From a virus, in IMG/VR virus record IMGVR_UViG_3300036790_000468, positions 63,505 to 127,504 of that record: a stretch of 64,000 nt of DNA; one strand, given 5' to 3'. The notes under the pieces are model-generated. The model made no database searches, was not told the DNA's origin, and saw only the letters and a list, made by a program, of their open reading frames with translations. The translations under genes and the position numbers were made by a program. This document shows, in pieces, positions 1 to 10,100 of the stretch (the stretch's first letter is position 1; each line of letters opens with the position of its first letter).

Positions 1-118
1 TCGTCGCCCGCGCCGCTACCCGGTCGTTGACCGAGACGCGCGTCTGCGCGAGGGTGACAGGGCCCTGAGCCGTGCGCCTCTCGACGTGCGGGTGCGGCGC
101 GTGCTTGTAGAGGGTCAC
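1..118 (-). CDS. 5' part of a probable membrane protein (DUF1003-like?), truncated by the window edge
   Basis: GTG overlaps the PLD stop (GTGA); reads [39 protein letters not shown]; family guess is from N-terminal resemblance only. Confidence 0.5.
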   Translation of the reverse strand, partial: MTLYKHAPHPHVERRTAQGPVTLAQTRVSVNDRVAARAT

Positions 119-645
119 TTCGCCGCCGCCCTCAGCATATGCGTGTGGATCACATCGACGCGGGCGCGCGCCTCGGCGGCGACGTGCGCGTCGCGGATGA
201 CGGTGAGCTGGTTGTCCTGCAGCGACTCGCCGCTCCGCGACCAGTTCGTCGACCCGGTCACCACGTCCAGGCCGTCGACGATCACCAGTTTCATGTGCAT
301 GATCGCGCCGCGCTCGCTACGGCCGGTGGCGATCGAGTTGCCCGGGAAGGAGGACTTCGCCAGGAGCGCGCGCTCGTGAACGCCCCCGGCCTGCGAGGAG
401 TCGAGGGTGAGCTGCACGAAGCAGTTCTCCGCGTCGAGCTGCTCGTGCAGCGCGGCCGCGAGCTCCTCGTCGTCGAACCCGTACATCGCGACCACCAGCG
501 AGCGCTGCGCGGAGGCGATGAGTTCCACCAGGACGCCGTGGACGTCGTCAACGGGGCTGTAGAAGGTGCGCGTGGCGGCCGGGTAGCCTGGCGCGAACCC
601 GCCGGCCTTGTGCTTGTCGAGTGCGGCGAGGTCAGTGAGCGGCAC
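115..645 (-). CDS. Phospholipase D-family protein (single HKD, Nuc-like)
   Basis: HMKLVIVD (HxKxxxxD) followed by TGSTNWS; [13 protein letters not shown] motif. Confidence 0.9.
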   Translation of the reverse strand: MPLTDLAALDKHKAGGFAPGYPAATRTFYSPVDDVHGVLVELIASAQRSLVVAMYGFDDEELAAALHEQLDAENCFVQLTLDSSQAGGVHERALLAKSSFPGNSIATGRSERGAIMHMKLVIVDGLDVVTGSTNWSRSGESLQDNQLTVIRDAHVAAEARARVDVIHTHMLRAAAK

Positions 646-676
646 GTGCCCGCCCTCCCTTCGGTGTGGGGCGCTG

Positions 677-1201
677 CTAGAGCGACGCCCAGATCAGCTC
701 GAAGTAGTTGTTGTCCGCGGGGCTGTCGTTTGCCGTGGTGAATCCGGAGGCGAGGAGCTGCACGGCGAGCAGGTCGCCGGCGTTCGCCCGGACGAAGCCG
801 GCGGCGGCGATGCCTTCGAAACCACCGATGGAGGCCGCGTTCGCGGAATGCAGGAGCGCTGTGGTGCCCGCCGCGCCGCCGTTTACTACGAGGCTCGGCG
901 GCGTGCTGGGAAGAGCGGAAGACCCCCACTTGAACTGGGTGAAACAGAGGTACAAACCGCCCCAGGTCGGAGGGACGACCCAGTTGTGGTTGGTGCTGTT
1001 CCAACCTGAGTAGTTGTCCTCGACGGTGGGATAGTTGATGTTCGTCGCGGTGGTCACGGCGGTCGCGGTGGTGATCGAGCCTTTGAACCGCGGCGGCTGG
1101 ATCATGGCGTTGATATAATCGCGGACCGAGTTCAAGAAGGCGCCGGTCTCGGTCTCCGAGACGGAGAACGTGCGCGGGTTCGGCTGCGAGAGGGCCACCA
1201 T
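677..1201 (-). CDS. Minor tail protein
   Basis: Directly downstream of the large tail protein; PRTFSVSE...FLNSVRD N-terminus and beta-rich C-terminus. Confidence 0.7.
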   Translation of the reverse strand: MVALSQPNPRTFSVSETETGAFLNSVRDYINAMIQPPRFKGSITTATAVTTATNINYPTVEDNYSGWNSTNHNWVVPPTWGGLYLCFTQFKWGSSALPSTPPSLVVNGGAAGTTALLHSANAASIGGFEGIAAAGFVRANAGDLLAVQLLASGFTTANDSPADNNYFELIWASL

Positions 1202-1222
1202 GGGGCTCGGACTCCTCCGGTG

Positions 1223-4200
1223 CTAGTAGGCGAGCCGCGTCGTGGCGGCGACCGTAGTGGGGTTGGTGACGCCGGCCGGCAGCGGGTCACACACGTAGTC
1301 GCCGGCCGAATGGTTGTGCGCCAGGTTCGCGCTCAGCGTGATCTGGCAGCTGGTGTAGTTGGGGAACGTGGTGGCTACCGAGGAGATCGTGGCCGCCTCG
1401 AAGTTCGAGGTCCCGGGGGAGAGCCAGATAGTGTCGCCCACGTTCCAGTTCTGACCGAGCGCGTTCACCTTCGAGTCCGCCAACGGGTTGACGGTGATCG
1501 TGTTGGTCCCCGAACCGCCTCCGGAGGCGACGGTGGTGTAGGCGGCGCCGAGGACTGAGGAGGCGTCCCACGTGGTGGGGTCGGTGTAGCCGGCCGGCAG
1601 CGGCTCGCACACGATGGAGCCGGCAGCGTGGGTGAAGGCGAAGTTGGTCGCGAAATTCAAGGTCGCGCTCGTATAACCCAGGCTCGTCGACGGGATCCCG
1701 CCCGCGGCCAGCGCCAGTGTCTCGGCCCGCGGCGTCCCGGGCTCGAACGTCAAGGAATAGCCGACCGGCAGCGACTGGCTCAATTTATTGACAGCCGCGT
1801 CGGGCAGCGCGGCGATCGTGGCGTGGCTCTGGCCGGAGGCGGCCTGGGCAGTGAGCGTGGTGTGCAGCGCCGCGAGCGTCCAGTACGTCGAGAGGTCGGC
1901 CGGCGAGAGCTGGAGGGTGACCTTGATCGAGCCCGTCTTCGGGTCCAGCGCCCAGGCGACCGACTCGATGAACCCGTCGACCGTGATGGGCGGCGCGCCG
2001 CCGTTGGGCCGGCGCATCAGGCGCACCCGCATGCCGATCTCCAGCTGCAGGCACATGTTGATCATGCCGGGGACGGCGGAGGGATGCAGCGTGACGTTGG
2101 GGATGCGCTGGCGCGCGACCGAGTAGCGCCCGGTGAGGTAGGCGGCCGCGGCCTGGGTCTCGGTGTACTGCGCCTGATTCATCGTCAGCTGCTGAATGCG
2201 CGAGGAGGCGTACAGTTTCGCCGCGGCGGCCGAGTTCGCAGCGGTGATCTGCCCGGTGGAGTACTGGGTTACCTCCACTCCGGTGTAGAGGTGCGCCGGG
2301 TCGAAGTCGGTCTTGGCTACCTCGTACGGCCATTCGCCCAGGTAGTCGTGCTCGCCGAACACGAACATCGGGACGGTCTTGTCGTAGCGGTCGGTGCGCG
2401 CGGTCACCGTGATCGCCCCGGCACCGGACACGTAGCAGTTGCCTGATTCGGTCTGCGTGATGGTGTTGAGCGCCTGCAGCCCCGAGCCGCCCTGCGAGGC
2501 CACGCCGGCGGGCAGTGTCGCGGTGGAGACGGTGATGGCGGTGGCCCCGGCGATGTCGGTCGCCGGGCCCATGTCGGTGGTCGCGCCGTTCTCGATCGCA
2601 GCAGCGCCGGTGTAGCCCATCCAGTCAAGGACCCGCTGCGCGCGCTGGCCGGTGGAATCCCCGGTGCTCGCCGTGCGCCACGAGTTGTAAAGGTTCGCGA
2701 TCTGCGCGGCGGTGAGCGCGACCGGGAATTCGATCGCGTGGGCGAGGTTGCCGACGAGGCCGCTGTAGGCAGCGTTGGCGCCGTACACGATGAAGGCGCC
2801 GAGCACGTCGGAGGAAACCCCGGTCGGAGTCGGATTCGCCGCGACAGTGTGGGTGGCGACCTGGACCCCGTCGACATAAAAGTCGATCTCGAACGTGGTC
2901 CCGTTCACCACGATGCCCGCCTGGTGCCAGTTTCCGTCGCAGATGTTCACCGAGCCGCCGTAGCTGGCCCCGATCGTGTTATTGCTGACAGCGAGGGCTA
3001 GCTCACCAGTGGTGTTTCCGATCATGAAAAAGAACAGTGTGACAGACGACTGCGAGTTCGGCGGGTAGGCCATCCACAGCGTGTATGCGTCGAAAGTCGG
3101 AGGGATGGCCGACGCCTGGAAGGAGATCAGCCTCGTCCAACCGCCGGCGGTCGGCGGCCCCGGGGTCGCGCTCGTCTTCGCGATGTTGACGAAGGTCTCG
3201 GGGAACTGCAGGGGCGGAGTCTGGTTCGGGTCGTTGGCGAACGCGGCGCACGTGCCGGTGCTCCCCAGCACGCCGCCGCCCGCGACCGCCGCGGACACGG
3301 AGGTGCCGAGCGTGATCGAGCCGGCGCCCACCGCGCTGATCTCGATCGGGGCCGGCACCCGGTTCCCGCTGGTGTCGGCCACGGATGTACTGCCCGCCGG
3401 GTCAGCGAGTTGATAAAAGAAGTTCGGGCCGAGCGCGAGGACCTCGGCGACGAACGGGCTCGGGAGGATGTCTTGGGCGATCTGCGCGAACGCGTCCGAG
3501 CCGACCGCGACCAGTTTGCCGTAGGTGCCCGACAGCTCCCAGGACTGCGGCCAGCGCTCGACTGCGCCGGTGAAGACGAAATAGGTCGGGCCCGGGTCCG
3601 TCCAGGTACTTGCGGACGAGGCCTGCTCGAACTGCCAGCCGGTGTGGTAGATCGTGTTGCTCGCGGTCGTGGTGGCGGGCGTCGTAATGGTTTCGGAGAT
3701 CACGGCCCACACCGCCCCGGCCGGGGCGGTGCCGGTGACGGTGACTCGGGAGGACCAGGAGCCGGCCGGGACGGTGACCGCGGTGCCGCTGGAGGTCGAG
3801 ATCACGGCCCCGGCCATCGAGTACCAGGTGATCGCAGGGGTGACTTGGATCGTGGTGTCGGCGGAGGTGGTGCGCATCGTGTACCACGAGCCGGTGTATG
3901 GCTTGAGCGCGGTGACCTGGACGCAGTCCGGCTGGGGCCCGACGCTGGCCTGCCCGAGCCAGTTCCCGGCGTACAGGGTCGCGTTCGAGCTCGTGGTCCC
4001 GGCCGGCGTGGTCCACGCCAGCGCCATGGTGTGCCCGGTGGGTGCGGGCGTGAGGAACTGGCCCTGGGCGAGCGTGCCGGCACTCGTGCCCGCGGTGACC
4101 CAGTAGTTTCCGACGGCGTCGTTGATCAGGCTGATGGACGCGGACCCGGTGGCGATCGCGCGGGGGAGCAGGTTCGCGGAGAGGGTGTGCGGCATCTGCC

Positions 4201-5005
4201 ACGGGGTGGGCGTCGAGGAGTTCTCCCACTGCAGCCCGTCGAGCTGCCAGGTGGTCGACGCCGAAAGCGTCCCCGACGCGATCTCGATCTTCAGGCTGGC
4301 CGAATAGGCGTTGCTGGGGGCCTGCCCGGAGACCGTCAGCTCGCTCCAGGTCCCGGCGCCGGAGGTGAGGGTGACCGGGCTGCCGGCGGGGCTCGAGATG
4401 TTGGTGCCGCTCAGGTCGTACCAGAGCACCGAGACGCCGCTCGAGACGCTGTTGCCGGCCGTGATCCGGGCCTGGGCCTGGAAGGAGTACTGATAGCCCG
4501 GGATGACCGGGACCTGCTGGAGCACCGCCACGGTCGTCCCGGCGCCCGCGCCGGAGGGCAGCACGGCCTGGTAGACCTGCGTGCCCTGATGCGCCGAGCC
4601 GCTCGCGACGATCGAGATCGGGTAGCCGGCGTCGTTGACCACGTGCATCCGAGCCGGGATCGTCCCGGAGAACCCGGTGCCCTCACCCGCCGTCGCCTGA
4701 TCGACCGACAGGAGGTTCACGCCGGTCATCGCACGGATGCGGCACCCGCGATACGGCTGAATGTCCGGGTAGTACGGGCCCGCGGTGTTCTCCGGGTCCA
4801 GCGCACCGTCCGAGTTGGCGAGCGCGAAATTCCACATCCCGGTCGGGTTGGTGGCCAGCTCGTACTGCTGGCCCCGCTGGACCTTCCACGCCCACAGCAC
4901 CCGCGCCGACAAGTCCGTCCACCACGGCGGGGTAAGGCCCTGGTTTGCCGGGGCGTTGAAGGAGAACTCGTAGAAGAGTCCCGCCGGCCACGTGGCGATA
5001 GACAC
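1223..5005 (-). CDS. Large minor tail / receptor-binding protein with CBM-like and LamG-like domains
   Basis: 1260 aa, T/S/G-rich; two CBM4-like repeats (DGLQWE, TGWQFE), LamG motif (DGNWHQ..FYVDGV), duplicated C-terminal ~100-aa domain. Confidence 0.85.
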   Translation of the reverse strand: MSIATWPAGLFYEFSFNAPANQGLTPPWWTDLSARVLWAWKVQRGQQYELATNPTGMWNFALANSDGALDPENTAGPYYPDIQPYRGCRIRAMTGVNLLSVDQATAGEGTGFSGTIPARMHVVNDAGYPISIVASGSAHQGTQVYQAVLPSGAGAGTTVAVLQQVPVIPGYQYSFQAQARITAGNSVSSGVSVLWYDLSGTNISSPAGSPVTLTSGAGTWSELTVSGQAPSNAYSASLKIEIASGTLSASTTWQLDGLQWENSSTPTPWQMPHTLSANLLPRAIATGSASISLINDAVGNYWVTAGTSAGTLAQGQFLTPAPTGHTMALAWTTPAGTTSSNATLYAGNWLGQASVGPQPDCVQVTALKPYTGSWYTMRTTSADTTIQVTPAITWYSMAGAVISTSSGTAVTVPAGSWSSRVTVTGTAPAGAVWAVISETITTPATTTASNTIYHTGWQFEQASSASTWTDPGPTYFVFTGAVERWPQSWELSGTYGKLVAVGSDAFAQIAQDILPSPFVAEVLALGPNFFYQLADPAGSTSVADTSGNRVPAPIEISAVGAGSITLGTSVSAAVAGGGVLGSTGTCAAFANDPNQTPPLQFPETFVNIAKTSATPGPPTAGGWTRLISFQASAIPPTFDAYTLWMAYPPNSQSSVTLFFFMIGNTTGELALAVSNNTIGASYGGSVNICDGNWHQAGIVVNGTTFEIDFYVDGVQVATHTVAANPTPTGVSSDVLGAFIVYGANAAYSGLVGNLAHAIEFPVALTAAQIANLYNSWRTASTGDSTGQRAQRVLDWMGYTGAAAIENGATTDMGPATDIAGATAITVSTATLPAGVASQGGSGLQALNTITQTESGNCYVSGAGAITVTARTDRYDKTVPMFVFGEHDYLGEWPYEVAKTDFDPAHLYTGVEVTQYSTGQITAANSAAAAKLYASSRIQQLTMNQAQYTETQAAAAYLTGRYSVARQRIPNVTLHPSAVPGMINMCLQLEIGMRVRLMRRPNGGAPPITVDGFIESVAWALDPKTGSIKVTLQLSPADLSTYWTLAALHTTLTAQAASGQSHATIAALPDAAVNKLSQSLPVGYSLTFEPGTPRAETLALAAGGIPSTSLGYTSATLNFATNFAFTHAAGSIVCEPLPAGYTDPTTWDASSVLGAAYTTVASGGGSGTNTITVNPLADSKVNALGQNWNVGDTIWLSPGTSNFEAATISSVATTFPNYTSCQITLSANLAHNHSAGDYVCDPLPAGVTNPTTVAATTRLAY

Positions 5006-5065
5006 GGCTCACCCCCCGCTCGCGCTGTAGAAGTCCCCGCCGGCCGGTCAGCGCCGTCAGGGCGC

Positions 5066-8000
5066 TTAGCCGTAGGCGAGGCCCGAGTAGGAGGTGCGCT
5101 GCTGGAACTGCAGGGTGTCGGTGCGCATCAGGTCCGACAGGTCGCTCTCATGGATCAGACTGCCGTCGATGTGGAAGTGGTTGTGCACCACCGCCGGGCC
5201 CCCGCCCCCCGAACTCGAGCCGAGCGCGGCGTGCGCGGTGACGTACCCGTCGGTAGCCGGGGTGAACTGCTCGATACCCTGCTCCCCCACGGTGTAGGTG
5301 ACGCCGCCCTGCACCGGGCCGCCCGACGCGCGCGCCTGCTGCCCGCGCGGGAGGTCCGTCGAGGTGACGCCGCCGGAGGTGTTCTCGTAGATCGTGACGG
5401 TGCCGGAGGAGGAGTTGATCCGCGAGATCAGCTGCGCGACGGCCTGCTCCGCCGGCCCGGGGTCCGCCGTAATGTCGATCTTCAGGTCCGAGAGGTTCTT
5501 GACCCCGAACAGCTCCAGGTTGAGCTGCTGGATCTGGCCCGCGGTCAGATGGGCCTTGCCCGCGGCCGTATCGAGCTGCCCGGCCATCTTCTGCAGCGCG
5601 GCATCGGCCTGCTGGGTCGATCCGGTCTGCTGGTAGATGTCCCCGGCCACCGTCAGCGCCTGCTGCGAGACGCCCTGAAACGCGGTGATGTTCTTCGCGC
5701 CGGCCGCGGTGTACTGGTCGACCGCGTCCTTCCCGCTCGTGATCGTCCCCGCCAGCCCGTCCAGGTCGGTCGTGAACGTGGCCTCCGCCGCGGTGGTCGA
5801 GCCGTACTGGCCGTACAGGGCGTTGAGCGCGCCGGTGTACGCGTTGGTCGCCTGCTGCGCCTGGGTGTAGGCAACCGAGGCGTTGATCGCGGCCTGCGAG
5901 ATCATGCTCTGCCCGGCCAGCCCCGCGTTCAGGGCCTCGGCGTTGATCCGCGCGGTGACCGTGTTCGCACTCAAGGCCTCGCTCGCGGACTGCACGGCCT
6001 GGACGTACTCGTCGGTGCCGGGCACGAGCAGCGCCAGGTACTGCTGCTGCGCCGCAGCCGAGATCGCCTGCTGGCGCGCCTGGTACTGCAGGCTGGTCGC
6101 GCCCTCGTACACCGCCTGGGAGTACGACAGCGTCCCCGGAATCACGGTGTTGAGGTAGTTCTGCTGCGCGTCCGCGGTCACCAGCGCCTGCTGCGCCTGC
6201 TGCTGCATCTGCACCGTGGCGGTCTCCACCGCCGTCGAGAACGCGTTGGTGCCGGGCACGTCGTCGAGGATCGCCTGACGCTCGGCCTCGAGCTGGATCT
6301 GCGCGTTCTGCACCTCGGTCGTGTACGCGCCCAGGTCCGAGGCGATCTGGCTGGCGGACATCCCCTGCGCCTGCATGGACTTGGTCAGCGCGTCGAACTG
6401 CTCGGCGGCGAGTTCCGGATCGCTCTGGTAGAGCTGCGCGAGCGCGGTCCCGATGTCCTGGAGGCCCTGGGACCAGTGGCCGCCCGAGATGTTCGAGAGA
6501 CCCACGAGCCCCGCTTCGAGCACCTGCAGGTTCGTCCCGCCCGTGAGCGTCGTGTCCGACAGGCCCAAGATCGCGGCCTCGACATTGCCCACACCCAGCG
6601 CCGTGTGGTCCCCCACCCCCGAGAGAGTGCTCAAGCTCGAGATGACCTGCGGGAGGTAGCCGATCAGGGAGAACGCAGCCATCTGGAGCATCCCCATGTG
6701 GCCGCCCAGTCCGCCCACGCTCGCACCCGCGTGCGCGGCTGCAGCATCCACCCCCTCGATGTCGGAGGCCGCCTGCTTCAACGGGGCACCGGTCGTGCCG
6801 AGGTTCATCGCGAGCAGGTCTTGGCCCTGGAGCGAGCCCATCGACCGGGCGAGCGCCGCCGCGGCCTGATCTCCCTCAGCCTCCAGGGTGGCGAAGAACA
6901 GCTGCCACTGTGCGAGCTCCTGGGCGGTGAACGCGCTGGTGTCCGCTTCGATGCCGGTCAGAGCCTGGGTCATGGCCGTGGCCAGGTTGTCGGACAGGAA
7001 CCGGCCGCCCTGGGAGATCGACTGGAACAGGACGTAAGACACGTCGGCCGAGCCCGCCTGCTCGGCCGCGGCGGCTTCGGCGGCCGCCAGGCCGGCAGTG
7101 AGCTCCTGCTCGTACGCCTCGGTCGCCTGCGCTGCGGCGAGCTGCAGCTGAACCTCGAGCTGCTGCTCGACGGCCTGCGCGAAGCCTTCGCCTCCGGCAT
7201 CCGAAAGGACTGCCAGGCGTGCCTCGAGCTGCGCGACCATGCCCTCGGCGAACTCGACGCCGGCCGCTGCGCCGGCCGCGGCCGCGGGGTCTTCGGCGAA
7301 GACCGCGAGCGCCGCAGCCGCCGCCCCGGAGAAGAACCGGCCGAACGCGTTGCCGGCCGCGGCGCCTTCTTCGGCCACGACAGCCTGGGCGCCGCCGAGC
7401 TCCGTTTCGAGCTGATCGACCACTGCATTGGCGTAGTCGCGCCCGGCCTGCGCCCCTTCCTCCGCCGCGGCCTCGGGATCCTGGCCCAGGACGAGACGCA
7501 CCCCGGCGACAGCCTCGGAGAAGAACTGCGCGAACCGCCCCCCGGCCTCCGCGCCCTCCTCCCCGGCCTCCACCGCCAGCTCGACGAGCTGCTCGGTCAC
7601 GGCCTGGCGCGCCTCGACGATCCGGGCGATCAGCCCGTCCGCTACCGGGGACCCGGTGGAGGCGACCAGCGCCTGCATCTCTTCGACCGCCGTCGCGGTC
7701 TGCTCCACCTGCTGCGCCAGCGCCTCGGCGACCTGCTCGCTCTCCGCCTCCACCGCCGAGGCGACCGTCGAGGTCAGCGTGCCGCGCATGGCCGACGAGA
7801 GCGCGTCCACCTGGGCACCGGTGAGGCTGCCCCAGTCCAGCCCGACCATGCCCATGGTGATCGCGTCGGCGAACGCGGAGACGAACCCCGCGCCAGAGAC
7901 CTCGGCCTGAGCCCTGACCTGTTCGGTCCAGCCCTCGATCCCGGCATCGGTGAGCGCTTCGAACTGCTCAGGCGTGATCACCAGGGCGGTGAGTTCCTCG

Positions 8001-9439
8001 CGGTACGCAATCCACGCGGCCTCTGCGGCCTGCTGAGCCCCGAGTTTCGACGCCCGAATCCAGGATGATCCGTTGCCCTGCAGGATGTTAGGGATCATCG
8101 GGTCAGGGGGTGCCTGTGCCTCCTTGCCGCTGGCGAAGTCCTCGTAGTCCTGCTGCGTCTTGGCGACATTCGCACGCCAGTCGACTGAGGACGTGCTCAT
8201 AGCCTCGGAGGCTCGTGCCGCAGCAGCCTCGACGCCCTGCTCGAGCGCATCGCCAAGGCTGGCCCCGACCTCCTCAGCGACCTGCGGAGCCTGCACCTTG
8301 ACCTGCTCGACGACCTCGGCAGCCACTGAGGCGCTGGCAGATCCGGCCGACGCGGCCACACGCGACTGGATCGAAACAGCCACCGCATCCAGTTCTGAAC
8401 TTCCCGCCTCCAAGGCAAGCGCGAACTGCTCGATCAGCTTGCCGCCGGCGGCGGACCCGACGGCGCTCATCGCGTTGCTCAGCGGCTCCCCGACCGCGTC
8501 CGCGGTCCGGGCTGCAGCAGCCTCAGCGCCGCGGACCGCGCCGATGCGCACCGCGTCGATCAGCGCGCCGCCACCGCTTGTCCCCTGCGCGGCGATCGCT
8601 CCCTCGAACGGCTCCCCGATGCTCTCAGCGATACTCGCCGCCGCCGCCTCGCCGGTCCCGGTGCCTCCGGCCTGCACGCTCGCGGTCAGCATCGCCCCGG
8701 CGATACGCCCTGCGCCGCGCAGAGCGTTGTTCAGCGGCTCGGCGATGGCCTCGGAGATCCTGGCGGCCGCGCTCTCCGCCTCTGAGACCCCGCCGACACC
8801 GATGGCGGCCGCCAGCGCGGCCCCTGCCGCTATGCCCTCCGCCGGCAGCGCGGCGAGCCCCGCGGCGATCCCGGCCGCCAGGGCGTGCCCGGCCCCGGCC
8901 CCTTCAGCACCGGCCTGATCGTGCACGGGCGCGAGCCCGCCACTGATCTGCTCGCCGACCTCGGAGCCGAGGCTGCCGAGCTCGGAGGAGAAACCCTCCT
9001 CCAACGCCGCGGCCGCCTGCGCGCCGGCGGCTTCGAGCGAGTCGGCAAGCTGGTCGGGGCGCACGAGGTCCTGCGCGAGCACGTCTCCCGCGGCGCCCGC
9101 GCCCTCCGCGATCCCCTCGGCCAGCGCCTCCCCGCCCCTAAGGCCCGCGGCCGCGAGGCCCGCGTCGAGCTCGGTGCCCACGTCCTCGGCCAGAGCGGCA
9201 CCGACGCCGCCCATCTGCTCGCCCAGCGCCTGGGCGATCTCGTCGGAGTTGAGCGAGCCCAGGTCCGCGCCCGAGAGGGACGCGGAGAGCCCGGCGCCGA
9301 GGTCGAGGGAGGCGAGGATCGACTCGATCTCGGCGGCGCCGGAGCGCACCGCGGCGATGTCGCGGTCCCACATCGACAAGAAATCGTCGTCGTTGCCGTC
9401 GAGACGGGCGACGACGGGGGGAAGCTGCTCGCCGGACAC
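5066..9439 (-). CDS. Tape measure protein
   Basis: 1457 aa Ala/Glu/Gly-rich helical ORF in the tail module; C-terminal RASGGPV..TYTVGEQGIEQF motif typical of TMP ends. Confidence 0.9.
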   Translation of the reverse strand: MSGEQLPPVVARLDGNDDDFLSMWDRDIAAVRSGAAEIESILASLDLGAGLSASLSGADLGSLNSDEIAQALGEQMGGVGAALAEDVGTELDAGLAAAGLRGGEALAEGIAEGAGAAGDVLAQDLVRPDQLADSLEAAGAQAAAALEEGFSSELGSLGSEVGEQISGGLAPVHDQAGAEGAGAGHALAAGIAAGLAALPAEGIAAGAALAAAIGVGGVSEAESAAARISEAIAEPLNNALRGAGRIAGAMLTASVQAGGTGTGEAAAASIAESIGEPFEGAIAAQGTSGGGALIDAVRIGAVRGAEAAAARTADAVGEPLSNAMSAVGSAAGGKLIEQFALALEAGSSELDAVAVSIQSRVAASAGSASASVAAEVVEQVKVQAPQVAEEVGASLGDALEQGVEAAAARASEAMSTSSVDWRANVAKTQQDYEDFASGKEAQAPPDPMIPNILQGNGSSWIRASKLGAQQAAEAAWIAYREELTALVITPEQFEALTDAGIEGWTEQVRAQAEVSGAGFVSAFADAITMGMVGLDWGSLTGAQVDALSSAMRGTLTSTVASAVEAESEQVAEALAQQVEQTATAVEEMQALVASTGSPVADGLIARIVEARQAVTEQLVELAVEAGEEGAEAGGRFAQFFSEAVAGVRLVLGQDPEAAAEEGAQAGRDYANAVVDQLETELGGAQAVVAEEGAAAGNAFGRFFSGAAAAALAVFAEDPAAAAGAAAGVEFAEGMVAQLEARLAVLSDAGGEGFAQAVEQQLEVQLQLAAAQATEAYEQELTAGLAAAEAAAAEQAGSADVSYVLFQSISQGGRFLSDNLATAMTQALTGIEADTSAFTAQELAQWQLFFATLEAEGDQAAAALARSMGSLQGQDLLAMNLGTTGAPLKQAASDIEGVDAAAAHAGASVGGLGGHMGMLQMAAFSLIGYLPQVISSLSTLSGVGDHTALGVGNVEAAILGLSDTTLTGGTNLQVLEAGLVGLSNISGGHWSQGLQDIGTALAQLYQSDPELAAEQFDALTKSMQAQGMSASQIASDLGAYTTEVQNAQIQLEAERQAILDDVPGTNAFSTAVETATVQMQQQAQQALVTADAQQNYLNTVIPGTLSYSQAVYEGATSLQYQARQQAISAAAQQQYLALLVPGTDEYVQAVQSASEALSANTVTARINAEALNAGLAGQSMISQAAINASVAYTQAQQATNAYTGALNALYGQYGSTTAAEATFTTDLDGLAGTITSGKDAVDQYTAAGAKNITAFQGVSQQALTVAGDIYQQTGSTQQADAALQKMAGQLDTAAGKAHLTAGQIQQLNLELFGVKNLSDLKIDITADPGPAEQAVAQLISRINSSSGTVTIYENTSGGVTSTDLPRGQQARASGGPVQGGVTYTVGEQGIEQFTPATDGYVTAHAALGSSSGGGGPAVVHNHFHIDGSLIHESDLSDLMRTDTLQFQQRTSYSGLAYG

Positions 9440-9442
9440 GAT

Positions 9443-9862
9443 CTACCCCCCGAACGCCTGGCGCCAGGCGGCCGCCATCTCTACCCCGATCGCATCGAGG
9501 GACGCGTCGATCGCGGGCTGAACATATGGCCGTTTCGGAAGGAAGGACTTGTGGTCCTTGCCGGCCCACCCGGAGAGCTCGTGGATGCGCGCGTACACCG
9601 TCGAGGGCCAGATCTCCGCGCTCGCCCCGGTCTCGGTCTCGAACGCTTCGGCGTAGACCTCGTCGTGCAGCAGCCCCGTGCGGTACGCGGGCGGCTCGCC
9701 CTGCGGTGCGACCGGCGGGTAGTGCAACCGATCAAGGTTGCTCTGAATCGCCGGCTTTACGATCTCATCCCCGCACCGCTCGACCCCGGCTACCGTGGCC
9801 GCGCGCACGCGCTCGCGCAGCGCCTGCATCGCCGCGATCGTCTCGAGATACTCGACGCTCAA
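9443..9862 (-). CDS. HK97 gp10-like neck/tail-completion protein
   Basis: TTG start overlapping upstream stop; GEPPAYRTGLL..YARIHELSG..LPKRPYVQPA motifs. Confidence 0.7.
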   Translation of the reverse strand: MSVEYLETIAAMQALRERVRAATVAGVERCGDEIVKPAIQSNLDRLHYPPVAPQGEPPAYRTGLLHDEVYAEAFETETGASAEIWPSTVYARIHELSGWAGKDHKSFLPKRPYVQPAIDASLDAIGVEMAAAWRQAFGG

Positions 9863-10100
9863 CCCCCGTGCACCTCCCTCAGCGACTTCACCACGGAGTC
9901 CCAGGTCGGGCCCATGCGCCGGTACTGCTCGGTGGCCCACCACGGCTGCGCGTCGACCACGGTCGCCGGCATGTTGTAGATCTTGAGCCACCACAGGTAC
10001 TCGCTGATCTCCTCCTCGGGGGTCACCGGCCCGTCGTAGTCGACGGGGATCCCGGCCAGGCGCGCGGCTAGTCGCCGGCGCCCGCAGTAGGGGAGGTCGG
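9859..10100 (-). CDS. Tail assembly chaperone -1 frameshift extension (gpT-like part)
   Basis: -1 frame open from just after a TGA (~10101) to TGA at 9859; encodes RRRLAARLAGIPVDYDGPVTPEEEISEYLWWLKIYNMPATVVDAQPWW... Confidence 0.75.

Noticed and set aside
1223-5005. Diversity-generating retroelement target
   Set aside because: No reverse transcriptase and no adenine-specific TR/VR pair seen; C-terminal repeats are diverged protein duplications
3410-8068. 1552-aa + strand ORF and other long antisense ORFs (15784-18396, 23906-25459, 41047-42312)
   Set aside because: Arg/Gly/Pro-rich shadows of genuine opposite-strand genes, expected from high GC3
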